A stretch of DNA of 64,000 nucleotides from a virus. Numbering within the stretch: position 1 is the first letter of the stretch; each line of letters begins with the position of its first letter. A program made the position numbers and the translations under genes. The notes under the pieces were generated by a model. The model worked only from the letters and a program-made list of their open reading frames with translations, did not search any database and had not been told where the DNA came from. The stretch covers positions 15,559 to 79,558 of the IMG/VR virus record IMGVR_UViG_3300044490_000250; one strand, given 5' to 3'. This document shows positions 8,962-18,141 of this stretch, piece after piece.

Positions 8962-9426
8962 CTAGCTGCGCCCGGCGACCTCACGGAACTGCTCCAACGT
9001 CCACAGCCGGCCGTCAGCGGTGAGCACTAGGCTTTGCTCAAACGCGCGTGTACCTTTCGCTACGAGACAGGCAAACGGTGAGGCCTCCTTGCAGACCGAC
9101 TGGCACTGCTTGAGCGCGTCCCGCAGCACCGACAACACCCCGCCCTTGGCGCCGATCGTCTCCCAGCTGTACGCCTTCACTTCCCCGACCCACCCGTTGC
9201 CGCTGATGTCGTGCAGGGCCTCCCAGTCTCGCAGGTTCCCCCACAGGTACCGTGATACGCGGTTCTCCACCGTCTTGCTGCGGGAGAGGGTGGACGTGCG
9301 CTTGGGGGTCACGCGGAGGCGAGGGAGCAGCGCGTCTAAGCAGCAGCGCCACACGTCGGGTTCCTCGCCACTCTTCATCCTCCGCAGCCAGTCCTCAGGG
9401 TCCCCGCCGCACCCAGGACATCTCAT
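8962..9426 (-). CDS. PD-(D/E)xK nuclease, Holliday-junction-resolvase-like
   Basis: SRSKTVENRV...HDISGNGWVGEVK...ALKQC...TLEQF; N-terminal CPGC. Confidence 0.65.
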   Translation of the reverse strand: MRCPGCGGDPEDWLRRMKSGEEPDVWRCCLDALLPRLRVTPKRTSTLSRSKTVENRVSRYLWGNLRDWEALHDISGNGWVGEVKAYSWETIGAKGGVLSVLRDALKQCQSVCKEASPFACLVAKGTRAFEQSLVLTADGRLWTLEQFREVAGRS

Positions 9427-9461
9427 CTCGTGTGCTCCTTATCTAAGGGCGCGCCGCTCGC

Positions 9462-9689
9462 TCACAGTCCGAGGGCCGCCTTGACATCCTCCGGCGTCGG
9501 GGTTCCGTGCTCGATGACCCACTTCGCGGCCGCCTTCGCTAGCTTCAGCGCCTTCTTGGTCGAACCCGCGTCGTAGCCCTGCGTCACCGCGTGCAGCACG
9601 AACAGCCCTGCGTCCTCGCACTGCCGTAGCATGTACTCCTGCGCGGGCTTCCGCAGCCCGTCAAGCAAGTCACTCAGCGACATCGCCAT
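9462..9689 (-). CDS. small hypothetical protein
   Basis: AAGGAGG RBS; 75 aa. Confidence 0.6.
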   Translation of the reverse strand: MAMSLSDLLDGLRKPAQEYMLRQCEDAGLFVLHAVTQGYDAGSTKKALKLAKAAAKWVIEHGTPTPEDVKAALGL

Positions 9690-10086
9690 TGACCTCCTTC
9701 TGGTGTTGGCTCTTCCTCCACGGCAGCTCGTCCAACTCCAACGGGTGTGGGTTCTGCGGCAGTTTGTCAGCCATGCGTTTCAGATTCCCGTTCAGCACGG
9801 CCAGCCCGATGTGGGTCTCCTCCACAAATGTCTGAAGCCGTGTCTCGAAGGACCGCAGGGTTTTCCCCGTCGACTCATGCTGTTCCCGGCAGAAGGTGGT
9901 CGTCACGGTCTCGCCGTGGCTTCGCAGGCAGTCGGTCACGGCCACCTTGTCCCGCTCGATGGCCTCGATCCTCGCCATCGTTTGCGCCCGCCACACCGCC
10001 CACGACACGATCGCTCCAACAAAGCCCAGTGCGATCGTCCCCACCGTCAGCAGGTTTCCGAGCGTTACGGTGCTGTCGAACGTCAT
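9670..10086 (-). CDS. membrane protein with N-terminal TM and coiled coil (lysis-accessory/holin-like)
   Basis: LGNLLTVGTIALGFVGAIVSWAVW followed by a coiled coil. Confidence 0.55.
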   Translation of the reverse strand: MTFDSTVTLGNLLTVGTIALGFVGAIVSWAVWRAQTMARIEAIERDKVAVTDCLRSHGETVTTTFCREQHESTGKTLRSFETRLQTFVEETHIGLAVLNGNLKRMADKLPQNPHPLELDELPWRKSQHQKEVNGDVAE

Positions 10087-10136
10087 ACCAAACCCTCCGT
10101 GGGCGGGCGCCAGCAGGAGTCTACCTTGGATGTCAT

Positions 10137-12503
10137 CTACGACAGCCCCAGCAGGTTGACCGAGGACAAGTCGTCGGTGTCCAGCTCAAACCTCACCGTC
10201 AGCTTCGCGGCTGGGATATGGGCGACGTACTCCGCCGGCTTGTTCTCGTCGAAAGGTGTCATAGTGTCGGTGGGCAGCAGATCACAGTAGGCGTAGCTGT
10301 GGTCATCGGCCTCGGTGCTCTCCACCTTTTCCATCGAGACCACTGTGTCATCGTCCACGGAGGCAGCGTTCTTGAGCCGCACCGTGAAGACCGGGCGCTC
10401 CGACGTGTCCTCGGACGGGTACTGCGCCTGGATGTCTCGCAGGCGCACGTAGACCCTCCGCTGAGCTGGGTCGGCGGCTTGGCCTGGGTTGAACGCGGCC
10501 ATGCTGAGTTCGAAGGTCTCGGGCGACTCGTCCACGACGACCGACTCCGGGTTGTGCTCGTAGCCCGTCACTCCGAACGCGTGTAGCCACCACGTGCCGT
10601 CGTCCAGCCGCAGAGTGCACTGACCGGAGGAGTTGCTCGTGGCTCGGGCGACCGGCAGGCCGTCCTCGGTGGCCGCAGCGGCGACCCTCGCGCTCATTAT
10701 AGGCACGTCGCCTGTTCCCAGTACGGTGACGATGACGGTGCGCGCTCCGGTGCCGGGGCCCAGCGCATCGAGTAGCTCAGGCAGCGTCGTTCCTGTGTCT
10801 TCCAAAATGTCGTCGAGATGCTCGTCAATGCTGTCGGCGGCGGGCGCCCCCGCGCTCGGCGCCAGCTTCATGGCATCGCGGATGTCTTGTGCGTTCGGAA
10901 CCGTAGTCACTGGGGCATCAAGGTTGTCGAGTTTCGCGGCACGAGCAGAGGTCCATACGGTACGGTCGAGCCACTGTGACGCATTCGATAGTGCATCCAG
11001 AGGGAACCCTTCCGGCGGGTGCCCGTCCGCCCATATGTCGCTGACCGCTACGTCGTTCAAGGCCGCGATTAGGGATTGGATGTCGTCGAGCGTGTTGAGT
11101 GTGCCGCTGACCTCGATACGACCATCCGTGTCCACAAGCAGGCTGCGCCCGGCGGTGACTGCCGTGAGGGCGGGGCGTTTCACGTTCACATACAACGTCT
11201 CGCTCCGCGCCTCGTTGGAGGAGATGGTGAGCACCAGTTGAGCCGACTGCACCCCATCCCCCAGCGTAACCATGCCCGCCTCGTCGATGGCAAGTGAGTG
11301 AACGCCAGGTTGATTGGCCGCGTCTACCGCCTGAACGGTCGGCGTCGTCATAGCCGTGTTGGCTCCGCCGTCCAGCGAGTAGTTGACCGCGACCCCGGTC
11401 AACGAGGTCTCGGGCGTCTCCAGATCGGTCGAGTCCACGGCCTTGAAGTACACGTACCTTCCGTCGTCCGCGTGAGCAATCTCCGCAACCATAGGGGAGA
11501 CAACCGCCGGGGCTCCCCAGGCTGCCGTGATGGTGTCCACGAGCAGGACAACGCATGGGTATGCGGTCGCGGTGTCAGTCCACGCCCCGGAGCCGGTGCG
11601 CTGCGTGAGAATGTAGTTCGCGGGCAGCCCGGCCCAATCTACAACGGTCAGAGTACGGATAGAGTTACTGACCGCCGAGGTCGTATAGAAGACGACCCGG
11701 TACGTCTGCCCTGACGACAGGGAGATGGGTGTGAAGAACTGAGACCACCGCAGCCCGTTGCCGTCGAGGAGGTCGGGAATGGTAGCCGAGCCAAGGAGGT
11801 TTGACGCATAGTCGTAGACCCGCACCTCATTGGTCTGCCCCGTCGCCCCGAAGGACAGCGCGGTCTTGACACCCGTCAGGGTCATGTCTGCAGGAGCCGT
11901 AAACTTGACACCAATGTGGTCAGGTCCTGACGAACTGTACCCAGCCGACGCAAGTGCCGAGACGGCCAGCCCCCCGTAGTATGTCGTGCCTGCAATCGCC
12001 GAGAAGACGGGCGGATTAGCAGGGAACGCCGTCCAGGATGCGCCGTCATAACGCCTCGCTAGGCAAGATGCCCCGACACCCGACCCCGTAGTCGTCTGAT
12101 CGGTAATGGTCACCTTGTTGGATGCGTTGATCGTACCGCTACTGTAGCGGATGGTCACATGGATGACCGTTCCCGCCGCGATGGAGCCCGTGTTGCTGTC
12201 CAGCGTGATCTCGGTCCAGCCCGCTGCCAGGGTCTGCGAGTGATATGCTCCACCGCCGTTCAGGTACGTCCCGCTTGCCACGCCCGATCCGTTGTCCGAC
12301 TCGATACCGATAGTATAGGTCGGAGAAGACCCTGTGACGGACGCCACAAGGATGCCGACCTTGGTCACGGTTGCCGTGGTGGGCATGGTCAGCCGCCACG
12401 AGACAACCTTCCCTGAGGCGTCCAAGGCATAGTTCGATGCCGTTGAGCCCCACAGGTCCCACCACGATGGGAGGCCGGAGTTGACGGTGAGCGTCTGTTG
12501 CAT
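10137..12503 (-). CDS. virion structural/receptor-binding protein with beta-sandwich domains
   Basis: T/S/G-rich beta-strand sequence, two similar modules (e.g. IGVKFTAPADMTLTGV...PISLSSGQTYRV), C-terminal Ig/carboxypeptidase-regulatory-like segment. Confidence 0.6.
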   Translation of the reverse strand: MQQTLTVNSGLPSWWDLWGSTASNYALDASGKVVSWRLTMPTTATVTKVGILVASVTGSSPTYTIGIESDNGSGVASGTYLNGGGAYHSQTLAAGWTEITLDSNTGSIAAGTVIHVTIRYSSGTINASNKVTITDQTTTGSGVGASCLARRYDGASWTAFPANPPVFSAIAGTTYYGGLAVSALASAGYSSSGPDHIGVKFTAPADMTLTGVKTALSFGATGQTNEVRVYDYASNLLGSATIPDLLDGNGLRWSQFFTPISLSSGQTYRVVFYTTSAVSNSIRTLTVVDWAGLPANYILTQRTGSGAWTDTATAYPCVVLLVDTITAAWGAPAVVSPMVAEIAHADDGRYVYFKAVDSTDLETPETSLTGVAVNYSLDGGANTAMTTPTVQAVDAANQPGVHSLAIDEAGMVTLGDGVQSAQLVLTISSNEARSETLYVNVKRPALTAVTAGRSLLVDTDGRIEVSGTLNTLDDIQSLIAALNDVAVSDIWADGHPPEGFPLDALSNASQWLDRTVWTSARAAKLDNLDAPVTTVPNAQDIRDAMKLAPSAGAPAADSIDEHLDDILEDTGTTLPELLDALGPGTGARTVIVTVLGTGDVPIMSARVAAAATEDGLPVARATSNSSGQCTLRLDDGTWWLHAFGVTGYEHNPESVVVDESPETFELSMAAFNPGQAADPAQRRVYVRLRDIQAQYPSEDTSERPVFTVRLKNAASVDDDTVVSMEKVESTEADDHSYAYCDLLPTDTMTPFDENKPAEYVAHIPAAKLTVRFELDTDDLSSVNLLGLS

Positions 12504-12524
12504 CGTGGCCTTCGCCTCCAGGTA

Positions 12525-13526
12525 TTATGGGTAGGCGGGACTGTACGTGTTCCCAGACAGGTAGAGTTGCGGACTGCCGGAAACGACTAGGCTATCCGTC
12601 ACCCCAGTGACAACGGATTCGACCAACTCAAGCGGCGCTGTCCCTGTGTGCTGAACACCGTAGGTGTCGCCTATGATCGAGCACCCACGCGCCTTCACCA
12701 GCCCACTCCCTGCAATCCACACGCCGAGAGCGCTGTCGATGTCACAGCGTTCGATGAGTACGGTCCCCTCCCCATAGCACTTGACCCCATGTGTTCCACC
12801 GCTGATTAGGCAGCGGTGCAGCTCGCACATGAAGTCCTCCTCAACCTCCACGTTCAGGACGCAATCGCGGATGAAGCAACCCCACAGGGTAGCCTTCCCG
12901 CGCCTCCAGTTGGCGTCCGCGTTCGTCAGTTGGACCCCCCTCGCCGAGCAGTCAACGATGGTCAGCCCTGATACTCGGAGGATGGAGTTGTCGATGTTGT
13001 TGATGCCGTTGACCGAGTTGGCGAAGACGCCGCCGATGATCTCGGCGGTCGTGTCGGAATGTTGGCTGAAGCAGTCGTCCCCTGCTCCGGTCCCCATGAT
13101 GTCGCGGAATACGGCGTCGCTGGTGCCGTCCATGTGGAAGCAGTCGTTGGGGGAGTCGCGGACCTCAACGCGCTGGACCAGGATGCCGGTGGCTCCGTCT
13201 CCGATGCCGATGCCATTCGCGTTGGCACCCGTCACTAGGAGGTCCTGGACGGTGAGGTTGGCGACCGAGGTGATTGAGATCGACGAGGACGAGGACGAGT
13301 TCACGATGGGGCGCGCTCCAGTGCCGTAGGCTCCCCACACAGTCCCGTTCCGAGCCGCGCCGGTCAGGATGAGTGCGGCGTTGAATGTGCTTCCGCGCTT
13401 GAGCAGAATGTGGTCTCCAGAGGTGTACGTCTGCTGCCGCGCCCAGTTCAGCGTTTCCCAGGCGTTCGCATCGGAGGTACCGTCAGCAAAATCGGAACCG
13501 CCGTTCTTGACGTAGTAGGTTGCCAC
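12525..13526 (-). CDS. right-handed parallel beta-helix protein (pectate-lyase-like; putative depolymerase/tailspike)
   Basis: TYYVKNGGSD...GTS..NAW.TL, GDHILLKRGSTF, GAYGTGARP, then repeated beta-helix coils with Cys/Asn ladders. Confidence 0.75.
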   Translation of the reverse strand: MATYYVKNGGSDFADGTSDANAWETLNWARQQTYTSGDHILLKRGSTFNAALILTGAARNGTVWGAYGTGARPIVNSSSSSSISITSVANLTVQDLLVTGANANGIGIGDGATGILVQRVEVRDSPNDCFHMDGTSDAVFRDIMGTGAGDDCFSQHSDTTAEIIGGVFANSVNGINNIDNSILRVSGLTIVDCSARGVQLTNADANWRRGKATLWGCFIRDCVLNVEVEEDFMCELHRCLISGGTHGVKCYGEGTVLIERCDIDSALGVWIAGSGLVKARGCSIIGDTYGVQHTGTAPLELVESVVTGVTDSLVVSGSPQLYLSGNTYSPAYP

Positions 13527-13527
13527 T

Positions 13528-13812
13528 CTACCCCTCCGACTTCGGTTTGCGTGTTAGCGTGTGCAAGCCTGTGGCACCCAACCAAGCCAACGCAACCGCC
13601 GCGACAAGCTCGCCCCAGTCCACGGGCGTTCCCGACACCTGGAACGCCACCCACGACGAGACGAGGCCGATCGTCGCCGCCGTCACCGCTGCCGTGACCC
13701 GCTTCGGCCAGTCGGCTCCCTGCTGCGGGATTACGCCCAACGCCTTCAACCCTCGCATGATCGCCCAGGTCAACGCGCCGATTACGGCGACCTGGAGTTC
13801 GGGGCTGTCCAT
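13528..13812 (-). CDS. putative holin
   Basis: 94 aa with about three TM segments, ATGLH motif, basic C-terminus; GGAGG RBS upstream. Confidence 0.65.
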   Translation of the reverse strand: MDSPELQVAVIGALTWAIMRGLKALGVIPQQGADWPKRVTAAVTAATIGLVSSWVAFQVSGTPVDWGELVAAVALAWLGATGLHTLTRKPKSEG

Positions 13813-13860
13813 AAACGCCTTGGCGAGATGTAGCACGGGGTCCCTCCGTAGACAAACAGC

Positions 13861-13892
13861 AAAAGGCAGGCGCTGAGAACAGCGCCTGCCTT
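13861..13892 (-). terminator. intrinsic terminator ending the glycan-modification operon
   Basis: AAGGCAGGCGCTG-agaa-CAGCGCCTGCCTT; on the minus strand the stem runs into TTTTGCTGTTT. Confidence 0.7.
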
Positions 13893-13916
13893 GATAGTAC
13901 CCACTCACCCAGCGGT

Positions 13917-15260
13917 TCAACCGGTAGGAATACCCGTTTCGTGCGGGGTGTAAACACCGTGCTCATCGGCGCTGGGCTCAGGCATCTGCGCCAAGTAGAC
14001 CGGGTAGTGCCAGACCGCCCCGTGCTCGGGGTGAAACCCCAAGAACCACTGACGTGGTACGCTCCCTGTCTTCAGCGGCCCGGTGCTGAACGGACTAGGA
14101 CCTGTGAGGCAGCCGTTGATGATCTTCTCGCCGTACATGTTGTCCAAGGTGGACGCGGCGTGGAAGTGCCCCATGTGGATGTAGTGGACGGGGATGTTGG
14201 CCAGCGTGGCCATCTTCGCGGATTCGCGGTTGATCCCGTAGTAGGGGATTCCCAAGTTGTTGGGGATGTCGTCCCCGTGTAGGATCACGTGGTTGAACCT
14301 GGGGGCCAGCGGGAGGGTGTACGCCATCCACGGCCCTTCACTGATGCACCACTTGAGCCTATCTTCGTCTCTGAACCACCCAGCCAGGAACTGGTAGAGC
14401 AGCTGGTCCCAGTTGTTCTTCGGGTGCTGCTCCCCCTTCTTGGCTGACATGCGCCCGTGGTTTCCTCGCACACAGTAGCAGGTGATCGTCTCGTAGTAGG
14501 GGAGCAACGACTCCAGCAGTTCCCGAGCCGCCGAGGCGCACGCCCACATCTGTTCGCTGGTGGGGGTGTCGATATGGACCCCCTGCCCCCGGAAGATGAT
14601 CTCGCCCTCGACGAAGTCCCCTAGCCAGTTGATGACGAGGTGGCGCACATCCCCCGTTGCCTGCTCCTTCTGAGTGAGGCGGAGCACATGCCTACCCAGC
14701 AGTCTCACCCGCTCTGTGAGGATGGGCGTTGACGCCTCCCCCAGCCCAGCCACATCGTTCGCCGTCCAGTAGCTGCCCATCTGCCAATCGCTAAGTTCGA
14801 GGATCGCGTAGTGCGGCCGGCCGCGTCCCTCGTGGTTAGGGGCGGAGTAGGGTCTGGGGGTGTACCGGCCGACGTGGCTTAGCACCCCGTCCACCACCGC
14901 GTCGACGATCACTGCTTTGCGCGCTAGCTCGTCTTGGAGAGCATCGATGGTCTTCTGCTGAGCGTCGGCGCGGCGTTGGTACCGCTGCGCCACAGGCGTG
15001 TACTGCTCGTGTGCGTACCCGCCCTCCAGTGTCGTGAGCACCTCCTCAGGCGTCATGTTGGCTGCTTGGTGCACTTGCGCGAACGCGTGCAGAGCGTGCA
15101 TGACAGCACGGTGGCTCATGCCTAGCTCGTTTGCGATCTGCCGACGACTGCGGCCGTCTACTTTCATGCGAGCCACGGTGAGGTCCCGTGACTTTAGACC
15201 GATCCCGTTAGCGATCTGCTGCAACGAAACGGCAGGGCGTACTTGATCGGCGGAAGGCAT
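13917..15260 (-). CDS. HTH plus calcineurin-like metallophosphoesterase
   Basis: N-terminal GRSRRQIANELGMS HTH; SDWQMG, LGDFVEG, RGNHG, LHGD, GHFH. Confidence 0.8.
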   Translation of the reverse strand: MPSADQVRPAVSLQQIANGIGLKSRDLTVARMKVDGRSRRQIANELGMSHRAVMHALHAFAQVHQAANMTPEEVLTTLEGGYAHEQYTPVAQRYQRRADAQQKTIDALQDELARKAVIVDAVVDGVLSHVGRYTPRPYSAPNHEGRGRPHYAILELSDWQMGSYWTANDVAGLGEASTPILTERVRLLGRHVLRLTQKEQATGDVRHLVINWLGDFVEGEIIFRGQGVHIDTPTSEQMWACASAARELLESLLPYYETITCYCVRGNHGRMSAKKGEQHPKNNWDQLLYQFLAGWFRDEDRLKWCISEGPWMAYTLPLAPRFNHVILHGDDIPNNLGIPYYGINRESAKMATLANIPVHYIHMGHFHAASTLDNMYGEKIINGCLTGPSPFSTGPLKTGSVPRQWFLGFHPEHGAVWHYPVYLAQMPEPSADEHGVYTPHETGIPTG

Positions 15261-15270
15261 GTAGTCCTCC

Positions 15271-16212
15271 TCAGGACCAGCAAAAGCATCCAGTGCGCGC
15301 AGCGTGGGAAGCGGTGTCCACGGCGGCCTGGACTGCGTGGTGTAGGCTGAACCCCTGAACCAGCTCCGACGTGAACTTGGCCACAAACACGTCGCCGGCT
15401 CCACAGGTGTACCGGCCTGGAGTGGCATCCCCCGGCCGCACCCACACTGGCTGGGGGATCGGGGTGCCGCAGGAGTTGTACACAGCCCCGCTTGCGCCTT
15501 GCGTCACCACCACCGCCCCCAACCTGCGGTACCGTGCAAAGGCGGTCGTCCTGCCGGCGAGAGCGTGCAGCACGTCCACAGGGCGCGCCGGTCTGCGCGC
15601 CGACCGGCGGCGTTGGACTCTGGCGACAGCGTCTGCGTACTCGGCGGCGTTGGGGGTGGCGTAGTCCACGTGGCAAGGCAGGGGGATCAGCGGTGGCGTC
15701 TTGATGTCCACCACCACCAGCACCTCCTTCGGGCAGCCCTCAAGCAGCCAGCCCAGCCGCTCCAGCGCCCCACGGCCGTACCCACTCACCACGAGCGCGG
15801 CCACGCCAGTCCAATCAAGCGGCGCCGAGTAGACGGCCTCTCGGGAGGTGGCGGGGTTGTAGTCCCAGCGCCCAGAGATGACCGGGGTGCCGTCAGGTTC
15901 TCGGCGACCCGTGCGTATGCGAAGCAGCGTCTCCCCGGCTCGCAGGTAACTCCTCCGCTGCACTCCCACAGCCTGTAGAAGCTGATCCAGAGTGTCCCCG
16001 TAGGCGTCGGTGCCCAACTCGGCGCAGAGAAACACCGGGTGGTAGTTGACAGCGAGCACCCGTGCGACGTTGGATGCCATCCCCGGGCTGTACTCTGGAG
16101 GCGTGGCCATCTCGTGGAGGATGCAGGGGGCCTCCTGAGCCAGCCTTTGCGGAGCCCCCATCATCCAAACGTCCAAAGCTACGTCACCCAGCACGACAAT
16201 CTTCGGTGGCAT
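15271..16212 (-). CDS. PfkB-family kinase, HldE/RfaE (heptose-7-phosphate kinase)-like
   Basis: IVVLGDVALD...RLAQEAP...PGMASNVA (cf. HldE VLVVGDVMLD...RISPEAP...PGGAANVA), TPNAAE, VVTQG, GAGDVF. Confidence 0.8.
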   Translation of the reverse strand: MPPKIVVLGDVALDVWMMGAPQRLAQEAPCILHEMATPPEYSPGMASNVARVLAVNYHPVFLCAELGTDAYGDTLDQLLQAVGVQRRSYLRAGETLLRIRTGRREPDGTPVISGRWDYNPATSREAVYSAPLDWTGVAALVVSGYGRGALERLGWLLEGCPKEVLVVVDIKTPPLIPLPCHVDYATPNAAEYADAVARVQRRRSARRPARPVDVLHALAGRTTAFARYRRLGAVVVTQGASGAVYNSCGTPIPQPVWVRPGDATPGRYTCGAGDVFVAKFTSELVQGFSLHHAVQAAVDTASHAARTGCFCWS

Positions 16213-16267
16213 CAGTGAGCGCCTCCCGTTTCTGAGACATCTACGAACCGCGTGTTGAGCAGCGGGT

Positions 16268-17119
16268 CTACAGTCGGGCACCCTGCTCGTCGTAGTTCAT
16301 CAGCAGCAGCTCCGTGCGGCGCGCCTCCGAGGGCTGGTGAGAGCGACTGGCGCAGAACACGTCACGCTCGACACGCCTCCAGCCGGCGTAGAGTGTGTCC
16401 ACCAAAGGGCAGATGTAGTTGCTGACCATGACGCGAGCCTGACACTCGTTCAGCGCAGCGGCGAGCCGACGATCGTCAGCCTCAACCCACGGGTATCGGT
16501 AGTACGGGTTCGTGTCGGAGTCGCGGTAGACGGTTGTGGTGTACGGGCTGTCCACGTAGAATAGGGTGTCGCGGTGGTCGTACTTGGTGATGATCTTCGC
16601 GAAGTCCAGATTCTCGAAGAGCACCTCTTGGATGCGTTGACTGACCGCCGCGATCCTGGCTGTCGCGCTACGAAACGCCCGCGGGGCCCAGCTCTTCTGG
16701 TCCAGGTCCGGGTGGTGGTGGAACCCCGCGTTGTCCTTGGCGATCCAGGAGCTAAACGAGGTTCGTAACAGGTAGAAGAACCGAACCGCGCGCTCCATGT
16801 CGCTCAGTTGGCGCCAGTCGTCTGGGGTGTAGAGGTACTGACGCCGCCACTGCCGGAAACGGTTCCGGGAGTAGGGCAGCCGGTTGAGGTGCGAGATCAG
16901 CTCTTCCGGCCGGAGGCGCACCACTTCCCAGAGGTTGATGAGGCTGTCATCCAGGTCGTTGACCACCTCACGCACCTCACTGTTGTAGGGCCGGGCCAGC
17001 AGGATACCGCAGGCACCGGCAAACGGCTCGACGTACATTCGATAATCTGTGGGCAGATGCGGGAGAATCCACCGAGCGTGGCTGGCCTTCCCACCCACCC
17101 AGGCAAACGGGGGTCTCAC
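16268..17119 (-). CDS. dam: Dam-family (D12) DNA adenine methyltransferase
   Basis: FAWVGGK, YVEPFAG, VVNDLD, LFYVDSPY (DPPY variant), VMVSNY, TELLLMNY. Confidence 0.85.
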   Translation of the reverse strand: MRPPFAWVGGKASHARWILPHLPTDYRMYVEPFAGACGILLARPYNSEVREVVNDLDDSLINLWEVVRLRPEELISHLNRLPYSRNRFRQWRRQYLYTPDDWRQLSDMERAVRFFYLLRTSFSSWIAKDNAGFHHHPDLDQKSWAPRAFRSATARIAAVSQRIQEVLFENLDFAKIITKYDHRDTLFYVDSPYTTTVYRDSDTNPYYRYPWVEADDRRLAAALNECQARVMVSNYICPLVDTLYAGWRRVERDVFCASRSHQPSEARRTELLLMNYDEQGARL

Positions 17120-18141
17120 AGAGCAAGCACCTCTCGGTAGAGATCAACGCACGCCGCCGCAGCGTCATCCCACCTGTAGAGGCGGGCCCGACGCGCCACG
17201 TCGAAGTTGCGGAGCTGGCAGCTCTCGGGCTGCCAAGTCATCATCTGCGCCATCCCGGTAATGACCGCGGCGGGGTCGAACGGGTTGGCGTACTCCGCCG
17301 CCGTACCGAAGACTTCCCGCTCCGACGCTTGGTTTCCTACCAGGACGGGCAGCCCCACCGTCATCATCTCCAGCGCGGCCAGCCCGGGGGTCTCGTAAAG
17401 GCTGACCTGCCAGCCGAAGCGCGCGGAGGCCATCGCCGCCGCCAGACAGGCCCGGTCCAGGATGGGGGGCCAGAACGAAACGCGCCCTTGACGCTCACGA
17501 CGAGCGTGGCCGATCACCACCCCTTTGCACTTGAGCTCGTCGCACGCCTCAACGAAGAGCCACCCGTTCTTGCGGTCTTCGAAGCGGCCCACGTAGAGCC
17601 ACGCGCCCTGCAGGTCCTCCTTCAGCTGAGGGTCCAACGGCGCCTGCGCCATGCCAAACAGGTCCTCCACGGCGTTGTACTGCACCCGCCACGGAGGACA
17701 GGCACCCTCAAGCATCTGAGCGATGACGCCCTGCTCGGTGTAGCTGTTCGGCAGCGCGCCGGCGCACGCCCGTAGGAGCTGCGCCAAGTGCCTCTCGTGC
17801 CGCATCCCCTCCTCCGTCCCCTCAAGGTACGCCCGCTCCGCAGAAACCCCAGCACGCTGCTTCTGGTACGTCGCGAAGGCGTGCATGGGCCAGTAGATGG
17901 TGCTCAGCACAAACTGCTTGCGGTGTTCCTCGCACCAGTCCACCACCTGCTGCTCCGCGCGACTGCTCGCGAAGCGCACAAGGTGGATAATGTCAGCGTC
18001 GACCGCCTCGGCGATGTCCGCAACTTCGACGTGGCTCACACACTGCACGGCGGGGTGCTTCGCCACGGCGCTCACTAGCTGCCGCGCGACCTGTTGGCTT
18101 CCACCTAAGGCCCCCGTCGCGCCTACCATGACCACCTTCAT
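17116..18141 (-). CDS. GT4-like glycosyltransferase
   Basis: GALGGSQQ, LSTIYW, ALPNS..E, YVGRFEDRKN, SLYETPGLAALE...GLPV, YRWD. Confidence 0.85.
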   Translation of the reverse strand: MKVVMVGATGALGGSQQVARQLVSAVAKHPAVQCVSHVEVADIAEAVDADIIHLVRFASSRAEQQVVDWCEEHRKQFVLSTIYWPMHAFATYQKQRAGVSAERAYLEGTEEGMRHERHLAQLLRACAGALPNSYTEQGVIAQMLEGACPPWRVQYNAVEDLFGMAQAPLDPQLKEDLQGAWLYVGRFEDRKNGWLFVEACDELKCKGVVIGHARRERQGRVSFWPPILDRACLAAAMASARFGWQVSLYETPGLAALEMMTVGLPVLVGNQASEREVFGTAAEYANPFDPAAVITGMAQMMTWQPESCQLRNFDVARRARLYRWDDAAAACVDLYREVLAL

